DNA of 64,000 nucleotides from Rhabdothermincola salaria (GCF_021246445.1 NZ_JAJQXW010000001.1:620001-684000), one strand, 5' to 3'; positions 19,071 to 29,567 are shown, counted from the stretch's first letter. The notes: generated from the letters alone by a model not told the origin. Translations and numbers: made by a program.

Positions 19071-19231
19071 GGCGGTCGCACCAGGGCCTCGGCCCACACC
19101 GGACCCCGCCAGGCGGCCACGATCGGCTGCCACACCAGGCGCAGCTGCCCGGCGGCGATGGCCGACGGCAGCTGCTCGGCCAGCACGAAGCTCTCGTCGC
19201 GGCGGCGCTGGTGCTCGGGGTCGTGCACGAT
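19071..19231 (-). pseudogene. N-terminal EAL-domain remnant
   Basis: LAEQLPSAIAAGQLRLVWQPIV...AEALVR, after which similarity stops. Confidence 0.65.
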
Positions 19232-19326
19232 CGCCCCGTCGCCCCGTCGCCCCGTCGCCCCGTCGCCCCGTCGCCCCGTCGCCCCGTCGCCCCGTCGCCC
19301 CGTCGCCCCGTCGCCCCGTCGCCCCG
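19231..19326. repeat. Perfect 8-bp tandem repeat (tcgccccg)x12
   Basis: Read directly from the sequence. Confidence 0.97.
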
Positions 19327-19458
19327 TCGTGGGTCGGTGTGGTGAGGGTGCCTGGGCTCGTGGCGTGGGTCGCCCGTCGTGGGGGTCGCGGCGCGACATC
19401 GGACCCTCGGCGACGACCTGGTCGTCGGCACCGGCATGGTCGTCGGGCGCGTCGGTCG

Positions 19459-20145
19459 CTACTGGGGCTGGTTCACCGAGGCGGCCATGGCGACGGGGAA
19501 CAGGACCGTCTCCTCGAGGCGGATGTGCTCGCGCAGGGCCCGGCCGACCTCGATGAGCGCCCGTTCTCGTCGAGCGGTGTCGGTGCCGCCAGCCTCGAGC
19601 TCGTCGAGGGCCCGGGCGATGGCGTCGAGGTCGGCGCCGAAGGTCTCGGCCAGGCGAGGGTCGACCCGCTCGGCGATCGCCGCGTAGGCCCCCTTCTCGG
19701 CGAGCAGGTGGGTGCGGGCCTGGCGCACGAAGTCGGCGAGGCGTTCGGGGTCGTGGGCGAGTGCCGCAGGGACGGTGCCCAGACCGCCACCTGGGCCGGC
19801 ACCCGGGCCGGCACCGGGCCCCGAGCCCTGGTCGAGGGCGGTGTGCAGCCGATGGTGGTCGTCGCCGAGCTCGCCGAGGAGCTCCACCAGGGGATCGTCG
19901 AGGTGGGCGGCGTGGGCCCAGTCCCGCAGGTCCTGGGCGCCGATCTCGGACGAGCCGACGCGGAGGGTGATGGCCCCAACGGGACAGGCCGTGACGGCCC
20001 GCACGACCTTGTCCTCGGGCTCGCCGCGCTGGTCGTGCACCACCGCCTTGGCGTCGTCGTCCTGCTCGAAGGCCCGGGGGGCCACGTAGACGCACTGGCC
20101 CGATCCGATGCACTGGGTGCGGTCGATGTGAATCGTGACGTCCAC
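19459..20145 (-). CDS. Ferredoxin (3Fe-4S type) - hemerythrin-like fusion protein
   Basis: CIGSGQC...CPVGAI, then DHHRL, HLLAEK and HIRLEETVLFP; GGGGAGG RBS before GTG. Confidence 0.78.
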   Translation of the reverse strand: MDVTIHIDRTQCIGSGQCVYVAPRAFEQDDDAKAVVHDQRGEPEDKVVRAVTACPVGAITLRVGSSEIGAQDLRDWAHAAHLDDPLVELLGELGDDHHRLHTALDQGSGPGAGPGAGPGGGLGTVPAALAHDPERLADFVRQARTHLLAEKGAYAAIAERVDPRLAETFGADLDAIARALDELEAGGTDTARRERALIEVGRALREHIRLEETVLFPVAMAASVNQPQ

Positions 20146-20396
20146 CTCTGCCTCCCCTGCGGGTCGGTCGGTGCGGCCGTGGGCTCGGCCGACGATCGAA
20201 AATCTAGCAGAAACTAGAGAAACCAGCGATCGTGAACGCGATCCGGGCCGACGTGGAGCGCGGCCCCTGGGCCCCCTCCCCGGACGCAGGGTGGCGTCGG
20301 TGATGGCCCCGTCGCCGTACCCGTCGACCACGACGAGCCCGCACGCGGCACCCTCGAGCTGTTCGCCCCGATGCACCCGCCGCCCGCGGCGGACCC

Positions 20397-20822
20397 ATGA
20401 GCCCGCTGGCCGTGAACCCAGGGCGGGCCGGACGCTTGCGCCCGGCCCGGCTCCCCGGGCCTGCTGTCGGCCCTCGCGACGACGCCCCCCGACCGCCTCC
20501 AGAGACCGACTGGTGGCACGACGTCGTCGACTACCAGGGCTACACCTGCACCGTCGGCGGGCCGTGGTTCGCCGACCTGTGCCCCGACGACCCCCGGGCC
20601 CGGGCCTGCCTCGACCCCGCCTCCCACGTCGCTGCCCAGGCGCTGGCCGCCACGCTGCCTGTCGACGACGCCGCCGGGGTCGTCTACCCCTCGACGCGCC
20701 ACCCGGGCGGCACCAACGTCGCCTGCTTCCGTCCCGCGCTCCTGCCCCCGGTGGCGGCCGGAGGGCGCTTGCGGCTCACCTTCGCCGGCAGCCCCGAGCC
20801 CATCATCGCCCCGCTCGGCTGA
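20397..20822 (+). pseudogene. C-terminal half of a RES-domain protein (probably truncated)
   Basis: LDPASH.AAQALA...GVVYPSTRHPGGTNVACFRP; N-terminal R/E motifs not seen in frame. Confidence 0.6.
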
Positions 20823-20909
20823 CTGCCGGTCCGCTCGGCGCGCCGACCTCGGCGGCCATCGCCCCGCTCGGCTGACTGCCGGTCCGCTCGGCGCGCCGAC
20901 CTCGGCGGC
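20804..20909. repeat. 53-bp tandem duplication spanning the RES gene stop
   Basis: catcgccccgctcggctgactgccggtccgctcggcgcgccgacctcggcggc x2. Confidence 0.95.
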
Positions 20910-21032
20910 CACCTCGACCTCGTCAGGCATCTCGATCTCGTCGGGCACCCGTCCGCGGGGTGGGCCTCTCGAACCTTCTCGGGCGGCCCCTGGGGTAGGG
21001 AGCAGTCGGAACCACGAGACCCAGGAGACGAC

Positions 21033-21218
21033 ATGAGCGACCAAGGCAATGCCACCAACGACGACCTCATCACCGACGAAGAGGCGGTGGAGATCCTCGA
21101 GGTCGAGCCCGGCCGGGTGGCGGTCATGATCAACGAAGGCCTCCTCACGCCGGTCGGCGACGGCGACCGTCGTCTCCGCCGCTCCGAGGTGGAGGCCCAG
21201 CGCCTGGCCGGCGCCTGA
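21033..21218 (+). CDS. 61-aa MerR/Xis-like winged-HTH DNA-binding protein
   Basis: ITDEEAVEILEV...VMINEGLLTP...RLRRSEV; AGGAG RBS. Confidence 0.75.
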   Translation: MSDQGNATNDDLITDEEAVEILEVEPGRVAVMINEGLLTPVGDGDRRLRRSEVEAQRLAGA

Positions 21219-21249
21219 CCCCCCAGCGAACCTGCGCCCCGGGCTCTCT

Positions 21250-21533
21250 GGCGCCGGACCCGGTGGGTGGCTGGGGGCATGGCGCGCGGGGCCACTGCGT
21301 CTCGGGTTCCCGGGCGCCGGACCCGGTGGGTGGCTGGGGGCATGGCGCGCGGGGCCACTGCGTTTCGGGTTCCCGGGCACCGGACCCGGCGGGTGGCTGG
21401 GGCCTGACGCGCGGGGCCACTGCGTTTCGGGTTCCCGGGCGCCGGACCCGGCGGGTGGCTGGGGGCATGGCGGGCGGGGCCACTGCGTTTCGGGTTCCCG
21501 GGCGCCGGACCCGGCGCGTGGCCGGGGCCTGAC
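21250..21533. repeat. 62-63-bp intergenic tandem repeat, 4 full units plus a partial
   Basis: Units start at 21250, 21313, 21376, 21438 and 21501. Confidence 0.92.
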
Positions 21534-21536
21534 CCG

Positions 21537-22826
21537 CTAGGGCGCCTGCGTTCCGGGCTCCCCGGAGACGTCGTCGGAGATCGCGGGCGACCCGGCTTCC
21601 GCCGTGGTCGATGTCGTCGACGGCTCGGGGACGCTGGTGCTGGTCGTGGTCGTGGGAGCCTCCACCGTGGTCGTGGTCGTGGTCGTGGTCGTCGACGGCT
21701 CGGGGATGGTCGTGGTCGTGGTGGTGCTGCTCGTGGTCGGTGGCTCGGGCACGGTGACGGTGGCACAACCCAAGGGCCGGGCGCGAGCCCCGGTGCTGTC
21801 GACGGCCCGGGCGCAGACCCGTCGGAGCCCGGGTTCGGCGGGCACCGTGGCCGAGAAGCCGGTGTGGGCGCCCAGATGGGGGAACACCCGCGCCACGTCC
21901 GATCGGCGGCCATCGGCGGGCACGGTGGCGACCAGTCGTCCGTCGACGACGATCTCCACCTGCGTCGGCCGATGGGGATCGGACTGGTCCTTGGCCCATC
22001 CGGCCACGGTGACGCTGTCGGCGCGGGCCACCACGGCGTCGAGGTTCGCCAGCGTGGCGCGCGGTGGGCACTGGGCCACGGTGTCGGCGATCAGGTCCAA
22101 GAAGGCGCGTGAACCCCTCGACGTGTGGTGCACGTCGCCCGGGGCGACGAAGTAGTCGTGGCGACCGGCCGACCGGCTCGCCCAGTCGGCGAGGAACGTG
22201 CGCCCGGGCGCCCGCCCCGACGCCGTGATCTCGACCGACGTCATGAGGTTGACCCACGGGCCGTAGACCACGTGGTCACCGCCGGGGCCCCAGTAGCCGC
22301 TGGTGGTGTTGACCCCCACCCACACCACGCAGGGCACGTCGCGGGCCGTCGCCAGCGTGGCGCGCACCAGATCGCGGTACCCCCCGAGGTCCTGGTGCCC
22401 GATGGCGAACTCGCGGATGTCGTTGCTGCCCAGGGCCACGACCAGCACCTCGGGTCCGGTGCCCACCGCCCGCTGGAGGGTGTCTTGGTGGTCGCGCAAC
22501 GTGTAGCCGCCGAAGGCGGTGACCGAGACGGCCCATCCGTCGTCGGTGAACCGGTCGATGGCGGCGTCCTCGATGTCGAGGGTGAGGCTGTCGCCCACCA
22601 CGGCCATCTTCGGGGCGGTCGGGTGACCGACGTAGGGCTCGGGCTCGCACGCTGCGAGCACCCCCACGGCGAGCAGGGCGAGCACCCCCGTGGCGGTGCG
22701 GCGGCCGCGTGGCCGCAGAGCTGATCGGTCCCGGACGTGATCGGGCAGGGGATACCGCCGTCGGGCCGCTGGAGATCTCCGCCATGGCCACCATGCAGCG
22801 CCCCCGCCGGGCGCTGGCAATCTCAT
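21537..22826 (-). CDS. SGNH/GDSL hydrolase lipoprotein with an Ig-like actinobacterial surface domain and Thr-rich tail
   Basis: Lipobox VLAAC; VVGDSL, ALGSND and GDVHH; GWAKD...RRSDVA..HTGF...VC..LGC domain; start uncertain. Confidence 0.82.
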   Translation of the reverse strand: MRLPAPGGGAAWWPWRRSPAARRRYPLPDHVRDRSALRPRGRRTATGVLALLAVGVLAACEPEPYVGHPTAPKMAVVGDSLTLDIEDAAIDRFTDDGWAVSVTAFGGYTLRDHQDTLQRAVGTGPEVLVVALGSNDIREFAIGHQDLGGYRDLVRATLATARDVPCVVWVGVNTTSGYWGPGGDHVVYGPWVNLMTSVEITASGRAPGRTFLADWASRSAGRHDYFVAPGDVHHTSRGSRAFLDLIADTVAQCPPRATLANLDAVVARADSVTVAGWAKDQSDPHRPTQVEIVVDGRLVATVPADGRRSDVARVFPHLGAHTGFSATVPAEPGLRRVCARAVDSTGARARPLGCATVTVPEPPTTSSTTTTTTIPEPSTTTTTTTTTVEAPTTTTSTSVPEPSTTSTTAEAGSPAISDDVSGEPGTQAP

Positions 22827-23009
22827 GGCAGAATTCTGTCCCTCGCGCGGTGAACCGGACAAGGACCGCGGCCCGGTCGGGTCCGGTCATCCGTCACATC
22901 GAGAGCGGGTCGCCTCGGTGGCGAGCGGGTGCGGATCAGGAGCGGTGGTGGCGCGGAGGCCGGCGCCGCTCGTCGGGTCGAGGCCGGCCGCGGTCTCGTC
23001 CCGGCGACG

Positions 23010-24770
23010 TCAGCCGAGGAGCATGACCATGGTCGTGGTGGTGGCCAGCACCACCACGCTGATCACCCCACCCACCCGCACGAAGTCGGCGAAGCGGTAC
23101 CCGCCGGGGCCGTAGACCATGGCGTTGGTCTGGTAGCCGATGGGGGTCAGGAACGAGCACGACGCCACCACCGCCACCCCGACGGCCATCACCCGGGGGT
23201 CGAGGCCGACCGACTGGGCGCTGAGCAGGGCGATGGGGGCGACGACGGCCGCCGCTGCGTTGTTGGTGACGATCTCGGTGAGGGCCTGGGTGGTGAGCAG
23301 GATGCCGAGCACGATGCCCAGCGTGCCGAGACCACCGAGGCTGTCGGTGGCCAGATCGGCGATGTCGCGAGCCAGCCCCGAGGTCTCCACCGCCACCCCG
23401 ATGCCGAGCGACGCGGCGATCATCAGCACCACGTCGAGGTCGATGGAGCGCTTGGCCTCGGCGAAGCTCACCACCTGGGTGGCCACCACGACGGCGGCGG
23501 CCACCAACGAGGCCTCGAACACGCTGACGACCTCGGTGGTGGCCAGCACCACGAAGGCCAGCAACGACAGCGCCACCCACTTGGCGCCCTTGCCGATCAC
23601 CGGCACCGTGTGGCTGAGCGGCGAGATCACCAGGAAGTCCTCGACCGCCCGGCGGGCCGTGCGCAGGTCGCTGCCGGCCAGCAGCACCAGCGTGTCGCCG
23701 GCGTGCAGGTCGACGTCGCCGAGCTTGCCCTCGACCGTGGAGCCGGCCCGGTGGATGGCCACCGCCGCGGCCCGGTAGCCGGTGCGGCCGCCGACCTCCT
23801 TGAGGGTGCGACCCACCAGCGGCGACTCGCGCCCCACGACCGCCTCGAAGTACTGCGGCTCGCGGGCCTGGGCCAGCACCTCGGCCTGCTCGCCGGGTGG
23901 GGCCAACCCGGGACGGGCCCGCAGGTCGAGCACGTCGGTGACGTCGCCCACGAAGATCAACAGGTCGCCGCCCTCGAACACCTCGTCGGGGGAGACGGGC
24001 CCGAGGTGGCGCTCGCCCCGCACGATGTCGGCCAGGTAGACGCCCTTGAGGTTGCGCAGCCCGGCGTCGCTCACCGATGTGCCCACCAGCGGCCCGCCCG
24101 GCTCGATGACCAGGTGCAGGGCGTACTCACGCAGGGCGCTCATGGCCTCGAGGGCGGGGTCGGAGCGGTCGGGGATCCAGCGCACGGCCACCACGATGAG
24201 CACGGCCAGGCCGACCACGGCGACGGGCAGGCCCACCGGGGTGAGCTCGAACAGGCCGAACGGCTCGAGGCCCTGCTGTTGCAGCACACCGGAGACCACC
24301 AGGTTGGTGGACGTGCCGATGAGGGTGACGGTGCCGCCCAGGATGGCGGCGAACGACAGCGGCATGAGGAACCGGCTGACGGGGAGGCGCTTGGAGCGGG
24401 CCCAGCTGGCCACCTCGGACAACAACATGGCCACCAGCGGCGTGTTGTTGAACACCGCCGACAGCCCCGAGGCGGGCAGGCACAGGCGCACCAGTGAGTC
24501 CCGGCCGCCCGACCCGCCGAGGAGGCGGGCCGTCACCCCGGCCAGCAGGCCGGTTCGGCGGGCGCCGGCCGCCACCACGTAGAGGGCGGCCACGGTGAGC
24601 GGGGCCTGGTTGGCGAAGCCGGAGAAGCCCTCCGCCGGGTCGACCACGCCACCGAGCACCAGCACGCCCAGACCCCCGAGCAGGACCCCCGACGGTGGGA
24701 AGCGGTCGGTGGCCAACAGGGCGAACATCACCACCAGCACGACGAGGGTGGCGACGGCGTCAGCGGACAC
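23010..24770 (-). CDS. SLC13/DASS-family permease with TrkA-C domains
   Basis: SAVFNNT, LIGTSTNL, TEIVTNNAAA and TPIGYQTN..VYGPGGY motifs. Confidence 0.92.
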   Translation of the reverse strand: MSADAVATLVVLVVMFALLATDRFPPSGVLLGGLGVLVLGGVVDPAEGFSGFANQAPLTVAALYVVAAGARRTGLLAGVTARLLGGSGGRDSLVRLCLPASGLSAVFNNTPLVAMLLSEVASWARSKRLPVSRFLMPLSFAAILGGTVTLIGTSTNLVVSGVLQQQGLEPFGLFELTPVGLPVAVVGLAVLIVVAVRWIPDRSDPALEAMSALREYALHLVIEPGGPLVGTSVSDAGLRNLKGVYLADIVRGERHLGPVSPDEVFEGGDLLIFVGDVTDVLDLRARPGLAPPGEQAEVLAQAREPQYFEAVVGRESPLVGRTLKEVGGRTGYRAAAVAIHRAGSTVEGKLGDVDLHAGDTLVLLAGSDLRTARRAVEDFLVISPLSHTVPVIGKGAKWVALSLLAFVVLATTEVVSVFEASLVAAAVVVATQVVSFAEAKRSIDLDVVLMIAASLGIGVAVETSGLARDIADLATDSLGGLGTLGIVLGILLTTQALTEIVTNNAAAAVVAPIALLSAQSVGLDPRVMAVGVAVVASCSFLTPIGYQTNAMVYGPGGYRFADFVRVGGVISVVVLATTTTMVMLLG

Positions 24771-25166
24771 GGCGGGCGACGTTACCCCAGGTCAGCCCGC
24801 ATTGTCGGAAATCTCGGTCGACATTGCCATCTTTGGGTGGATTGCCACGTCACCGCCCGCCGGGGCCGATCAGGACGGCCGTGCCGCCGTGCCGCCGTGC
24901 CGCCGTGCCGACGTGTCGAACGAACCGAACCGGTCGAGCCCAGTTGCGTAGGTGTCGGGTTAGGGCGTCGGGGGGTGACGCCGTTTCCTGACAGGTTGGC
25001 CAGGGGAGTTGGCCAGGGGAGTTGGCCAGGGGAAGTTGGTCAGGGGGGAGGGGCAAAGGGAGGCAGGGGGACGGAGGGTGGGTGTGGGTCCGGTGAGCGG
25101 GGTCGACGGCACCGCGCCACCATGGGGGCGTCCGCCGATCTGGACGCCGGCGGACGGAAGGAGCCC

Positions 25167-26576
25167 ATGTCGACCGCATCGCCTACGCCACGGTCCGATC
25201 CCACGGACTCGAGCCCAGCCACCCCCGCTCCCGGTTCCTCCGGCGCAGTGACGCCATCCTCGGCCCCCTTCGACGCCGACCCCGATGCCGGGCTGGCCGT
25301 GCGCGGCGTACGCCACCGCTTCGGCGACCGAGTGGTGCTCGACGACGTCGACCTGGTGGTGCCCCCCGGCGCGGTCATCGGCCTGCTCGGACCCAACGGG
25401 GCCGGCAAGACCACGCTCATGCGGGTGATCTTCGGGGTGGTGACCCCCCAGGGCGGCACGGTGAGCTGGCTGGGACGGCCGGTCGTCGCCGGTGACCGCA
25501 GCCGCTGGGGCTACATGCCCCAGGAGCGGGGGCTCTACCGGGAGATGCGGGTGCTCGACCACCTGGTGTGGATCGCCCGGCTGCACGGCGTCGACCGGCG
25601 CCAGGCCACCGACCGGGCCATGGACCTGCTCGGCCGCCTCGGCCTCGACGACCGGGCCGACGCCAACGTGGGCGACCTCTCCGGCGGCATGGCCCAGCGA
25701 GTGCAGCTGGCCGCCGCCATGGTCCACGAACCCGACCTGTTGGTGCTCGACGAGCCCTTCGCCGGCCTCGATCCCACAGCCGTCGAGTTCCTCTCCGAGG
25801 TCGTGCTCGACCACGTCGCCGCCGGTCGACACCTGTTGTTCTCCAGCCACCAGCTCGACCTGGTGGAGGACCTCTGCCAGACCATCACCATGCTCGACCA
25901 GGGCCGGGTCGTGCTCGAGGGCGACGTCGCCGCGCTCAAGGCGGCCAGCCCCGATCGCTTCCTCCGCCTCGACGGCGAGGTCGACTCCGGCTGGCTCGAC
26001 GGCGTCCCCGCCGAGGTGAGCCGGGTCGACGGCACCGGCACCCGCCTGCGCCTCGAGCCGGGGGCCGACGCCCTCGCCGTGCTCGACGTGGTGCGCGGCC
26101 ACCGCCCCATCGCCGACTTCGGGGTGGAGGCGCCATCGCTGTCCGAGCTCTTCCTCTCTGCCGTCGGTCGCCGCCGCGTCGAGGTCGACGGTTCCGACGA
26201 GGACCGTCCCGCCACCGGATCGACCGGCGGCGGCACCCGCGACGGAGACACGCGGGACGGTGACGCTCGGGACGGTGACGCTCGGGACGGTGACGCTCGG
26301 GACGGTGACGCTCGGGACGGTGACAGCCCCGCGTCGGCGACCGACGAGGTCGCGCCCGACGGGTCCGTCGACGAGCGGGGTGACGGGCTGGTCGGAGAAT
26401 CGGGTGACGGGCCGGGGGCGGAGCCGGTCGGGGACTCGGATGTCGGGCCGATCGGAGAATCGGGTGACGGGCCGGGCGACGGGTCCCATCCCGGTCCGGG
26501 GCGGGCGGGGCGCCCACCGTCCGGCCAGGCGCCGCGGCTCGGCGAAGGCCTCGGCGACGAGGGGGAGGGCTCATGA
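25167..26576 (+). CDS. ABC-2 type transporter ATP-binding protein with acidic repeat tail
   Basis: GPNGAGKT, LSGGM, LDEPFAGLD and SSH; 15-bp repeats (DGDAR) at ~26241-26325. Confidence 0.92.
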   Translation: MSTASPTPRSDPTDSSPATPAPGSSGAVTPSSAPFDADPDAGLAVRGVRHRFGDRVVLDDVDLVVPPGAVIGLLGPNGAGKTTLMRVIFGVVTPQGGTVSWLGRPVVAGDRSRWGYMPQERGLYREMRVLDHLVWIARLHGVDRRQATDRAMDLLGRLGLDDRADANVGDLSGGMAQRVQLAAAMVHEPDLLVLDEPFAGLDPTAVEFLSEVVLDHVAAGRHLLFSSHQLDLVEDLCQTITMLDQGRVVLEGDVAALKAASPDRFLRLDGEVDSGWLDGVPAEVSRVDGTGTRLRLEPGADALAVLDVVRGHRPIADFGVEAPSLSELFLSAVGRRRVEVDGSDEDRPATGSTGGGTRDGDTRDGDARDGDARDGDARDGDARDGDSPASATDEVAPDGSVDERGDGLVGESGDGPGAEPVGDSDVGPIGESGDGPGDGSHPGPGRAGRPPSGQAPRLGEGLGDEGEGS

Positions 26577-27925
26577 GTGCCGAGGTGCGTCACGACGGCA
26601 TCGGCGACGGCGCCGCGCTCTGGCTCGTCGCCGGACGCGAGCTGCGCGAAGCAGCCCGCCGCAAGTCGGTGTGGATCACCATGGCGGTGCTCTTCGCCGC
26701 CTCGGTGGCCGCGGTGGTGCTGCCCGAGATCCTCTCGACCGACCCCGACGACGACCGCACCGTCGTCACCGCCGGGGACGTGCCGCCCGGGTTCGACGAG
26801 GTCGTGGCCGAGGTGGGTCCCGCCGTCGATCTCACCATCACCGTCACCCCGGCCGCCGAGATGGCGGCCGCCGACGGGAACCCCCCGACCGGTGCACCCG
26901 CGGGCGGAGAACCCCCGACGAGTGCGCCCGCAGCCGGCGAACCCCCGACCAGCGCTCCAGCGGGTGCAGAACCCCCGACCGCCGACCCGTCCGGCGCGTC
27001 CACCGACCCCGAGAGCACCGACCCCGCGGTGGCCCTGGTGAGCGATGGCGACGCCGACGCCGCCGTGGTGTTCGGCGCCGAAGGCATCACCATCCTCACC
27101 GACGACGACAGCGACCAGCGCCTCCTCGCCGCCCTGCGCCAGAGCGCCCAGGTCGTCACCACCACGGAGCTCCTCACCGACGCCGGCGTGCCCGAGGCCG
27201 ACATCGCCCAGGTCACCGGCGCGGCCCCCGTCAGCGTCGAGATCCTCGACACCGAGCAAGGGGGGCGCCAGGGGGTGGCCCTGGCCTCCAGCCTCGCCGT
27301 CTACCTGTTGTTGATGTTCCTGGCCATGCAGGTCGCGAACGGCGTGGCCGTGGAGAAGTCCAACCGGGTGAGCGAGGTCCTGCTCGCCGTGGTGTCGCCC
27401 CGGGCGCTGCTGTTCGGCAAGGTCGTGGGGGTGGGCCTCATCGGGCTGGCCACCATCGTGGTCGGCACCCTGCCCCTGGTGGCGCGCCTCGTGCTCGGGG
27501 GCAGCGTGCCGCCGGGCACCGGCCCCACCCTCGTCGTCAGCGTGGCGTTCGCTCTGGTCTCCATCGCCCTGTACCTCAGCGTGGCCGGTGCCCTCGGGGC
27601 GCTGGTGGCCCGGGCCGAGGACGTGGGCAGCACGGTGGGGCCCATCACCGTCGTCCTCATCGGCGGCTACCTCGTCGGCCAGTTCGCCTCGGGCAGCACG
27701 CTCGGCATCGTGCTGTCGTACCTGCCGCTGACCTCGGCCATGGTCATGCCCGCCCGGGTGGCGCTCGACGAGGTGGGGCTCGCCGGCGTGCTGCTCTCGC
27801 TGGCGCTCGGCGTGGCGACGGTGGCCGTGGCCGTCCGCTTCGCGTCGGTGGTCTACCGCCGGGCCATCGTGCGCACCGGCGAACGCCTCCACCTCGCCGA
27901 GGTCCTGCGCTCCTCGGCCGGCTGA
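26573..27925 (+). CDS. ABC-2 type transporter permease
   Basis: VAVEKSNRVSEVLL...LLFGK; multiple TM helices; ATGA overlap with the ATPase gene. Confidence 0.9.
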   Translation: MSAEVRHDGIGDGAALWLVAGRELREAARRKSVWITMAVLFAASVAAVVLPEILSTDPDDDRTVVTAGDVPPGFDEVVAEVGPAVDLTITVTPAAEMAAADGNPPTGAPAGGEPPTSAPAAGEPPTSAPAGAEPPTADPSGASTDPESTDPAVALVSDGDADAAVVFGAEGITILTDDDSDQRLLAALRQSAQVVTTTELLTDAGVPEADIAQVTGAAPVSVEILDTEQGGRQGVALASSLAVYLLLMFLAMQVANGVAVEKSNRVSEVLLAVVSPRALLFGKVVGVGLIGLATIVVGTLPLVARLVLGGSVPPGTGPTLVVSVAFALVSIALYLSVAGALGALVARAEDVGSTVGPITVVLIGGYLVGQFASGSTLGIVLSYLPLTSAMVMPARVALDEVGLAGVLLSLALGVATVAVAVRFASVVYRRAIVRTGERLHLAEVLRSSAG

Positions 27926-27947
27926 GCCCCGGTGGGCGTCGGAGGGG

Positions 27948-29567
27948 CTACGAGGGGATGAGGTCGAGGTCGGGGTCCTCGAAGCCGAGGTCCCCGGGGT
28001 CGAGTTCGTCGAGGTTGTCGGCGTCGAGGTCGTCGGCGGCCAGGCCCTCGACGGCGCCCGGGTCGAGGAACCGGTTGGGGTCGCGGCACACCGTGCCCGC
28101 CGCCGGGAGGGTGAGGTCGACCAGGAAGGTGAGCACCTCGTCGAGCACGCAGACGCTCGCCAGGAACGCGGTGTGCGACTCCGCCTCCCAGGTGAGCAGC
28201 GTGGCGGTGGCCAGGTGGTCGGCCAGGCTCTCCGCCGACGCGTACGGGGTGGGCACGTCGCCGGTGGTGCCGACGACCAGGATCGGGCCGGCCCCGTCGG
28301 CCTCGGTGACGGTGATGGGATCGGCCGCCGGCCAGTGGGCGCAGGCGGCGAGGGTGAACAGCGGATCGGGTGGGATGTCACCCACCTGGGCGTCGAGGCG
28401 GGCGAACGCGTCGCGGTAGTCGTCGATGGGCAGGTCGAGGCAGGTGATGGCCACGAACGCCGTGGCCAGGTCCGGGTCGGACTCCGCCAGGTCCTCGACC
28501 ACCAGGTCCTCGATCTCGCCGTCGAGCACCAGCGCATCGAGCGCGGCGGTGCGCATCTCGTCGGGGGCGCCGACGAAGTCGTTGGCCCATTCGCGCAGGC
28601 CGCCGGCGGTGAGCTCGTCGCCGGTGTCGGCGTCGACGACGGGTTCGTCCTCGAGGCGGTCGAGCAGCGCCGCCCAGGCCGCATCGGGCTCCTGGCCCTG
28701 CGTCCACGCGCACGGGTCGGCGGTGGCCGCCGCCTCGGCGCAGCGCTGCAGGTAGCCGTCGACCAGCGCCTGCCCGGCGTTGGTCTGCTGGGCCACGAAG
28801 TCCACCGGGTCGAGGGTCAGGTCGCTGACCCCGTCGAACACGCCCGCCCGGAGCCGCTCCGGGAACGAGCTGGCGTAGGCGGTGCCCAGGTCCGAGCCGT
28901 AGGACTTGCCGTGGTAGGTGATCTGCTCGGCCCCCATCAGCTCCCGCAGGCGATCCATGTCGCGGGCGGCGGAGTTGGAACCGAAGGCGTCGAGGTTCGG
29001 GTCCGACGCGCAGGCCTCGGCGAAGGCCACCACCTCCTCCTCGAAGGCGGTGAGGGTGCCGGGGTCGTCGCCCGGGGGTTGCGGCTCGCTGCTGGGCAGG
29101 GGGGTGTCCCCGCAGTCCAGGTGGGTGGAGCGCCCGGTGCCCCGGGGGTCCATGCCCACGATGTCGAAGCGGTCGAGCTCGGCGTAGGTGGCGAAGGTGG
29201 CCGTGTAGGCGGCCGCCGACGCGCCCGGCCCGCCCTGGTTCACGAACAACGGGCCGATGGGGTCCGCCGCGGGAGCCGGGCGCATCTGCACGAACAGCTC
29301 GAGGGTGCCGCGTGTGGGGTCGTCGTAGTCGACCGGCACGACGACGATGGCACACTGGTAGTCGGCGAAGACCGCCTCCATCGAGGCCCGGATGTCGGGG
29401 TCGTCCTCGTCGGTGACGGTGCACGCCTCCCAGGCGATCTCGGTCGACTCGGGGCGGTCCGACCCGACCCCGGATCGGCTGCCGTCGTCGGGGGTCGGCC
29501 AGACGGCTCCGACCACCAGTGCGGCCACGACGAGGAGGGCGACGATCAGGCTTCGGTCACGGGGCAT
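27948..29567 (-). CDS. Secreted alpha/beta hydrolase (TAP/Hip1-like peptidase)
   Basis: Signal anchor; NQGGPG, DPRGTG, GKSYG, DVPTPY and SHTAF motifs. Confidence 0.9.
   Translation of the reverse strand: MPRDRSLIVALLVVAALVVGAVWPTPDDGSRSGVGSDRPESTEIAWEACTVTDEDDPDIRASMEAVFADYQCAIVVVPVDYDDPTRGTLELFVQMRPAPAADPIGPLFVNQGGPGASAAAYTATFATYAELDRFDIVGMDPRGTGRSTHLDCGDTPLPSSEPQPPGDDPGTLTAFEEEVVAFAEACASDPNLDAFGSNSAARDMDRLRELMGAEQITYHGKSYGSDLGTAYASSFPERLRAGVFDGVSDLTLDPVDFVAQQTNAGQALVDGYLQRCAEAAATADPCAWTQGQEPDAAWAALLDRLEDEPVVDADTGDELTAGGLREWANDFVGAPDEMRTAALDALVLDGEIEDLVVEDLAESDPDLATAFVAITCLDLPIDDYRDAFARLDAQVGDIPPDPLFTLAACAHWPAADPITVTEADGAGPILVVGTTGDVPTPYASAESLADHLATATLLTWEAESHTAFLASVCVLDEVLTFLVDLTLPAAGTVCRDPNRFLDPGAVEGLAADDLDADNLDELDPGDLGFEDPDLDLIPS

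Noticed and set aside
21250..21533. CRISPR array
   Set aside because: Whole units are near-identical, with no unique spacers and no cas genes
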